From the UHGV virus genome UHGV-0313617: DNA of 11,099 bases; one strand, written 5' to 3'. The translations under genes were made by a program, and so were the position numbers. The notes under the pieces were generated by a model. The model was given only the letters and a program-made list of their open reading frames with translations. It was not told the origin of the DNA and searched no databases. Each line of letters opens with the position of its first letter. Position 1 is the stretch's first letter. Positions 6,509-11,099 of this stretch are shown piece by piece. This stretch comes from a virus.

Positions 6509-6537
6509 TTGACTCGCAACCAACATAGGCCCATACT
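6509..6537 (+). promoter_or_regulatory. Weak promoter candidate carrying two GCAACCAA motifs
   Basis: TTGACT (6509-6514), 17-nt spacer, CATACT (6532-6537, poor -10). GCAACCAA at 6516-6523 and 6538-6545. A strong Shine-Dalgarno (GAGGAGGAGGA, 6548-6558) follows. Confidence 0.35.
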
Positions 6538-6568
6538 GCAACCAAACGAGGAGGAGGAGTAACACATC

Positions 6569-6655
6569 ATGGCGCGTAACGATATTTATGTAATAGCAAT
6601 ATGGTCCGCAGCGGCCTTTATTGGAATGGCAATTTGTGAGGTGATGAATGGCTGA
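6569..6655 (+). CDS. Candidate 28-aa hydrophobic micro-protein
   Basis: Read by hand: MARNDIYVIAIWSAAAFIGMAICEVMNG. GAGGAGGAGGA lies 10 nt upstream. The stop TGA sits inside the sequence AATGGCTGA that contains the next ATG. Confidence 0.4.
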   Translation: MARNDIYVIAIWSAAAFIGMAICEVMNG

Positions 6656-6722
6656 GTTAATCCGCCTTATGGCGCGAGATGAACACGTAAAAGTCACATT
6701 CTACGATGGTGGGAAGTGTTGA
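6648..6722 (+). CDS. Candidate 24-aa micro-protein
   Basis: Read by hand: MAELIRLMARDEHVKVTFYDGGKC. Start overlaps the upstream micro-ORF. Its stop (6720-6722) is one nt before the ATG at 6724. Confidence 0.3.
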   Translation: MAELIRLMARDEHVKVTFYDGGKC

Positions 6723-6723
6723 G

Positions 6724-6936
6724 ATGATTAGACAAGTATTCATGAGCACGCAGGCCACACGCCTGAAAGAGCTACGCAAACAACTCGAAGGCTTGCGCCG
6801 ATTCGAACGAACGGCAACGGCAATAGGCATGTCAATCAGTGAGCGGATCGAGATACTATCTCAAATACGCTACACAGAAGGCGCCATACGCGAAGTAGAA
6901 AGCATGTTAACCCGATACTACGGTCGCGCCGTTTAA
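6724..6936 (+). CDS. Hypothetical small protein (70 aa; alternative start at 6706)
   Basis: ORF in the track as 6706..6936. The ATG at 6724 is immediately after the upstream stop (TGTTGAGATG). Helical, charged sequence. A terminator follows. Confidence 0.5.
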   Translation: MIRQVFMSTQATRLKELRKQLEGLRRFERTATAIGMSISERIEILSQIRYTEGAIREVESMLTRYYGRAV

Positions 6937-6943
6937 CCCTCCC

Positions 6944-6969
6944 AGCCCGCCGATTTGGTGGGCTTTTTT
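6944..6969 (+). terminator. Rho-independent terminator
   Basis: Stem AGCCCGCC (6944-6951) pairs with GGTGGGCT (6957-6964), with one G-U pair. Loop GATTT. T-run 6964-6969. Confidence 0.65.
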
Positions 6970-6983
6970 GTGCCTGTTATAAT
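6955..6983 (+). promoter_or_regulatory. Extended -10 promoter candidate for the packaging operon
   Basis: TGtTATAAT at 6975-6983 (perfect TATAAT at 6978-6983 with an upstream TG). A weak -35 TTGGTG (6955-6960) lies 17 nt upstream, inside the terminator's 3' arm. Confidence 0.5.
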
Positions 6984-7053
6984 CCCCCTTAGATGGCAGG
7001 GCCGTCTCCTATGTTGCCGATGGTCGGCGCATATGCACAAAAGGGCTTAAATC

Positions 7054-7605
7054 ATGGCAGAAATCAAAGTTAAGGGCCGTCGCGCCAAACTGGACGGTAG
7101 AGTGGCAGTTACCCCGCGCCGTAAACCAGGCGAGCAAACCGAACATACCAATCTCGGACCTGAGATCGAATATGGCAAGCGTCGTAAAGGCGGCAAATGT
7201 GGGCGCCCGACAGACTACCGCACTGTGTATTGTGACCAGCTTCGTCGCTATTTCGCCGATGCCGTAGCCTGGCAGATCAACTACTCCGACAAGGGGGCTG
7301 CGCAGGTAATCCCTCGCAACAAAATGCCAACCTTCGGCAGATTTGCCGCGGAAATCGGTGTGGGCGTCGCTTGCCTGTATCGCTGGGCGCGCGCACATGA
7401 GGAGTTCGCCGAGGCGATGGCGGACGCTATGGAATTGCAGAAAACCTTCCTGATGGAAGCTGGCGGCGTGACAATCGCGGCGGGCTTCGCTACGTTCCTG
7501 CTTAAAGCCAACCACGGAGTCCGCGACGATATCCCACTGGATGACGACGAAGATGATAACGGCGACGTCGTTGTTGAGCCTACCGGCAAAGGCCAGGGTG
7601 AGTAA
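7054..7605 (+). CDS. Terminase small subunit
   Basis: 183 aa with an AAGGG Shine-Dalgarno 8 nt upstream. The central region (KMPTFGRFAAEIGVGVACLYRWARAHEEFAEAMADAMELQKTFLMEAGG...FLLKANHG) resembles HTH-type small terminase subunits. Acidic C-terminal tail. Stop overlaps the large-terminase start (TAATG). Confidence 0.75.
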   Translation: MAEIKVKGRRAKLDGRVAVTPRRKPGEQTEHTNLGPEIEYGKRRKGGKCGRPTDYRTVYCDQLRRYFADAVAWQINYSDKGAAQVIPRNKMPTFGRFAAEIGVGVACLYRWARAHEEFAEAMADAMELQKTFLMEAGGVTIAAGFATFLLKANHGVRDDIPLDDDEDDNGDVVVEPTGKGQGE

Positions 7606-8990
7606 TGCGTAACTATGCGGCGGAACACCGCGCACTTGAACGAGCGATCGCAAAGCGCAACCGACCTCCACGCCCAACGCGCGTTGCGCAGGCCGTCCGC
7701 CTGTACCAGCCTGATTGCCTTCCGCACCAAGTGGAACTACTGCGGGACACGAAGACTAAAATCCTCGGCCTGTGTTCTGGCTTCGGTGGTGGAAAGTCAT
7801 GGGTCGCGGCGCGTAAGGTCATCCAGCTTCTGACACTGAACCCGGGGCATGACGGCATCGTGACCGAGCCGACTATCCCACTCCTGGTTAAAATCATGTA
7901 TCCGGAATTGGAGAAGGCTTTCGACGAGGCTGGCTTCCGGTGGAAGTTCAACAAGCAGGACAAGATCTATAGCGTTCTGGTGAAAGGCAAATGGACCCGC
8001 GTTATCTGCGAATCAATGGAGAACTACACCCGCCTAATCGGGGTTAACGCCGCGTGGATTGTTGCCGACGAGTTCGACACCACGAAGCAAGACGTCGCAA
8101 TGGCGGCTTATCACAAATTGCTCGGTCGTCTGCGTGCAGGACTTGTCCGCCAGTTCGTCATCGTGTCCACGCCGGAAGGCTTCCGGGCGATGTATCAAAT
8201 TTTCGAAGTGGAGAAGGATAGCCAAAAACGGTTGATCCGGGCGAAGACCACCGACAACCACCATCTACCGGCAGACTTTATCGACACTCTGCGAAGCCAG
8301 TACCCGGCTAACCTGATTGATGCGTACCTGAACGGCATGTTTGTCAACCTCACATCTGGCGCGGTATACAAGATGTTCAACCGTGAGGAGAACGCCAGCA
8401 CCGAGGAAGTGCAACCGGAAGACACGCTGATTATCGGTATGGACTTTAACGTCACTAAAATGGCGGCGGTCGTGTATGTCAGACGGCAGCGCATCACAGA
8501 GAACAAGGAGTTCCGCGACGAGATTCACGCCGTGGATGAATTCGTGGACCTGTTTGATACCCCGGCTATGATTGAAGCGATCGAGGAGCGCTACCCCGAT
8601 CATTGCGCTGCCGGTCGTGTTGTCGTTTACCCGGATAGCAGTGGTAAGTCTCGTAAGACTGTAAACGCTTCGTCGTCCGATATCGCGCAACTGGAAGACG
8701 CGGGCTTCGAGGTGGAATACGACAGCGTTAACCCACCTGTGAAAGACCGATTGATCGCGATGAATACGATGATGTGCAACTCGAAGGGCGTGCGCCAGTA
8801 TTTTGTCAACCTGGATAAATGCCCTACACTAGCGAAATGTCTGGAACAGCAGGTGTACGACCTGAAGAAAGGCGAACCGGATAAAACTGCCGGTGTGGAC
8901 CACATGAATGACGCAGCGGGATACCCTATTGCGCACTTGTTCCCTGTGATTCGTCCGATCGCCGTTGTTCCAACTGTAGACTTCTACTAA
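7605..8990 (+). CDS. Terminase large subunit (ATPase plus nuclease)
   Basis: 461 aa. Walker A-like GFGGGKS, Walker B-like WIVADEFD, and C-terminal acidic motifs (IGMDFN, VDHMNDAAGY) consistent with an RNase H-fold nuclease. Sits between the small terminase and portal genes. Confidence 0.85.
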   Translation: MRNYAAEHRALERAIAKRNRPPRPTRVAQAVRLYQPDCLPHQVELLRDTKTKILGLCSGFGGGKSWVAARKVIQLLTLNPGHDGIVTEPTIPLLVKIMYPELEKAFDEAGFRWKFNKQDKIYSVLVKGKWTRVICESMENYTRLIGVNAAWIVADEFDTTKQDVAMAAYHKLLGRLRAGLVRQFVIVSTPEGFRAMYQIFEVEKDSQKRLIRAKTTDNHHLPADFIDTLRSQYPANLIDAYLNGMFVNLTSGAVYKMFNREENASTEEVQPEDTLIIGMDFNVTKMAAVVYVRRQRITENKEFRDEIHAVDEFVDLFDTPAMIEAIEERYPDHCAAGRVVVYPDSSGKSRKTVNASSSDIAQLEDAGFEVEYDSVNPPVKDRLIAMNTMMCNSKGVRQYFVNLDKCPTLAKCLEQQVYDLKKGEPDKTAGVDHMNDAAGYPIAHLFPVIRPIAVVPTVDFY

Positions 8991-9001
8991 GGAAACCGAC
9001 C

Positions 9002-10522
9002 ATGACCGTTAACGTTGACAACCAGCACCCGCTCTATGCGCGCATCGCGCCAGAGTGGAAAATGATCCGGGATTGTGTAGCAGGTGAGCGCGCCGTGAAG
9101 GCGTGCGGCCCTTTGTATCTGCCACATCCAGCCAGCGGGGACAACACCGACCCTAAATCGCGGGCGCGGTATAAAGCATATAAGCAACGCGCTGTATTCC
9201 TGAACGCTACCGCCCGCACACTAAACGCGCTGTTAGGTGTTGCCTTTGCGAAACCGGTAAGTCTGGACCTTTCCGGGGCAATGGCTGACCTGATTGACGA
9301 CGTAGACGGCAGCGGCATGCCATTACCTCAACTCCTGCGCGGTGCTATGTCGGAAGTGCTGCAATCGGGCCGCGCGGGCTTTATGGTGGACTATGACCGA
9401 CAGGCGCATTTTGACGAACTGGGAAACGTAGTGCCGCAGACAGCCGCTGAGATGGCGATGCATCGCCCGCTTATCCGCCTGTATACGGCAGAACAGATCA
9501 TCAACTGGCGGCAGACCCACGGTGTCGACACGCTAATTGTGCTGAAGGAAACGGACGAAATCAGCACCGAAGACCCGGACGACTTCGCAAACCACGAAGT
9601 AACGATTTGGACCGAGCTTCGCATGATTGACGGCAAGGCACACGCCCGCCGCTGGTTTTACAACGCTGACACGTCCGAGGTGCAGATGGACTTGCCGCGT
9701 GGGTTTACCCGCACCGACCTTGTACCGCTGGTGGATGCCTCCGGTAATGCGCTTACTCAACTGCCATTTTGCTGGTGTGGCGCAGTGGACAACAACGCGA
9801 CACCGGACGCCGCACCGCTGGCGGATATTGCGTCCATCAACATTAAGCACTACAACGCCGAAGCAGACGTCGCCGAGATTGCGCACATCGTGGGCCAGCC
9901 TACGCTCATTACAACCGGCCTGACTCAATCGTGGGCGGACAAAAACCTGAAAGGCGGCATTGCGCTCGGGGCAACTAAGGGCGTTATCCTGGGCCAGAAC
10001 ATGGACGCTAAACTTCTTCAGGCGGAGGAGCGCAACCTGTCTGTTGCACTGTGTGAGCGCCGCGAATTGCAAATGGCTAAACTGGGCGCGGCCCTGGTCG
10101 AGAAAGGGACCGCACCTAAGACGGCAACTGAGGCGGCTTATGATGCGCAGACTGATAACAGTATCCTGTCGCTGATTGCCGGTAATGTTGAGAAGGCTTT
10201 CAACCGTGCGCTGCAAATCGTCCAGCTATTCACGGGGGACACCGCAACCCAGCGCGTAACGCTGAATAAGTTCTACACCGAAATCACGGTTGACGCACAG
10301 CTTATGACCGCGATGATGGCAGGTGTGCAGACCGGTACTGTCCGACTGGCTGACTTTATCAAGTGGATGATGGCACAGGGGGTCATTGATGACTCGCAGA
10401 CCGTCGAGCAGGTGGAAGACGAGTTGCGAAATCAGAACCCATTGCCTCAAATGTCCCCGGATGCGGTAGAATCTACCGAAGAAGACCCGGACAAGGTAGC
10501 GGACGATGGCGAGAACAATTAA
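9002..10522 (+). CDS. Portal protein (putative)
   Basis: 506-aa ORF with an AAGGAA Shine-Dalgarno upstream. Lies directly after the large terminase and before a MuF-like gene. Acidic C-terminal tail. The call rests mainly on synteny and size. Confidence 0.7.
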   Translation: MTVNVDNQHPLYARIAPEWKMIRDCVAGERAVKACGPLYLPHPASGDNTDPKSRARYKAYKQRAVFLNATARTLNALLGVAFAKPVSLDLSGAMADLIDDVDGSGMPLPQLLRGAMSEVLQSGRAGFMVDYDRQAHFDELGNVVPQTAAEMAMHRPLIRLYTAEQIINWRQTHGVDTLIVLKETDEISTEDPDDFANHEVTIWTELRMIDGKAHARRWFYNADTSEVQMDLPRGFTRTDLVPLVDASGNALTQLPFCWCGAVDNNATPDAAPLADIASINIKHYNAEADVAEIAHIVGQPTLITTGLTQSWADKNLKGGIALGATKGVILGQNMDAKLLQAEERNLSVALCERRELQMAKLGAALVEKGTAPKTATEAAYDAQTDNSILSLIAGNVEKAFNRALQIVQLFTGDTATQRVTLNKFYTEITVDAQLMTAMMAGVQTGTVRLADFIKWMMAQGVIDDSQTVEQVEDELRNQNPLPQMSPDAVESTEEDPDKVADDGENN

Positions 10523-11099
10523 TCAATATATGGCGGATCGCATGATCCGCCGTCACATCTTCACCCAGCGCCTGAGCAATGACCAGGCGCGGCGGGTGTT
10601 GGCTATGTGGGAGAAGTTCCGGCCCACGTTACTGGGTAAGCTGACCGAGTTACTTGATGGCAAAAAGTCCATGAACAACAAGGCACTTACCACTCTGTTA
10701 ACGCAACTCGACAAGACCGTTAAAACAGAACTGCGCACCGAGTTTAAGGTGTTGGCGGAAAGCCTTCAGGAGTTCGCCGACACCGAGGCTGATTATCTCG
10801 CCGACACATTAACGGCAGCGATCCAGCCTGTGGTTGCCGTACCGGCGGTCGAGGTGGTTAGCGTAGTGACCGGTGCGCAGATCGCAGCGACGGCAATGAA
10901 AAACCCGTTCCAGGGTAATACGATGATGCAATGGCCTGACTCACTTTCTGAGTGGACCAGGACGCAGATCGGTAATCAGGTGCGGGCGGGATTCATCCAG
11001 GGCAAGCCAACGATGGAAATTATCGCGGACGTGAGGCGCGCGCTAGGCGGTCGTAGTGCGCAAGCTATCTCGAGCGTTGTTAAATCCGCAGTAAACCAC
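10506..11099 (+). CDS. Head morphogenesis protein, Mu F / SPP1 gp7-like (partial, 3' end beyond the window)
   Basis: Open frame running to the window edge, absent from the track for lack of a stop. Candidate starts at 10506 (17-nt overlap with portal), 10530 or 10542. Sequence (ARRVLAMWEKFRPTLLGKL...) and position fit minor-head MuF-like proteins. Confidence 0.6.
   Translation, partial: MARTINQYMADRMIRRHIFTQRLSNDQARRVLAMWEKFRPTLLGKLTELLDGKKSMNNKALTTLLTQLDKTVKTELRTEFKVLAESLQEFADTEADYLADTLTAAIQPVVAVPAVEVVSVVTGAQIAATAMKNPFQGNTMMQWPDSLSEWTRTQIGNQVRAGFIQGKPTMEIIADVRRALGGRSAQAISSVVKSAVNH

Noticed and set aside
7009-7677. 222-aa minus-strand ORF, with further minus-strand ORFs at 7281..7730 and 7613..7963
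   Set aside because: Antisense to the small and large terminase genes, which have clear motifs and RBSs. The same reasoning applies to all other minus-strand track ORFs (e.g. 397..801, 1466..1810, 1723..2166, 8265..8690, 9533..10216).
1-11099. tRNA genes, integrase or recombinase, transposase or IS elements
   Set aside because: No T-loop-like GGTTCGAnTCC motif with cloverleaf context was seen in intergenic DNA. No ORF carries recombinase or transposase motifs. Only a profile search could fully exclude them.

Overview
The window reads as a contiguous segment of a tailed-phage or prophage genome, likely enterobacterial, with every convincing gene on the + strand. In order: (1) a replication module, with a small HTH protein and a 754-aa primase-polymerase-like / zinc-ribbon / RecA-type ATPase fusion; (2) a 535-bp non-coding region dense in repeats (duplicated 32-mer around a 20-bp perfect palindrome, an AT-rich stretch, seven GCGGGACAG iterons, a G6/C6 hairpin), which I interpret as a candidate replication origin and regulatory hub; (3) six small, mostly translationally coupled ORFs of unknown function; (4) a lysis cassette with two holin-like membrane proteins, a GH24-type endolysin and an unexpected Big_2 (Ig-like) protein, but no recognisable spanin; (5) three tiny coupled ORFs behind a strong Shine-Dalgarno; (6) a packaging and head module (small terminase, large terminase, portal, 3'-truncated MuF-like head morphogenesis protein). 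A 9-10 bp motif ATTGGTTGC(C) recurs nine times and sits on promoter-like sequences. No tRNA, CRISPR array, integrase or transposase was seen. All functional calls rest on motif recognition, synteny and reading the sequence by eye; no database search or folding was run.
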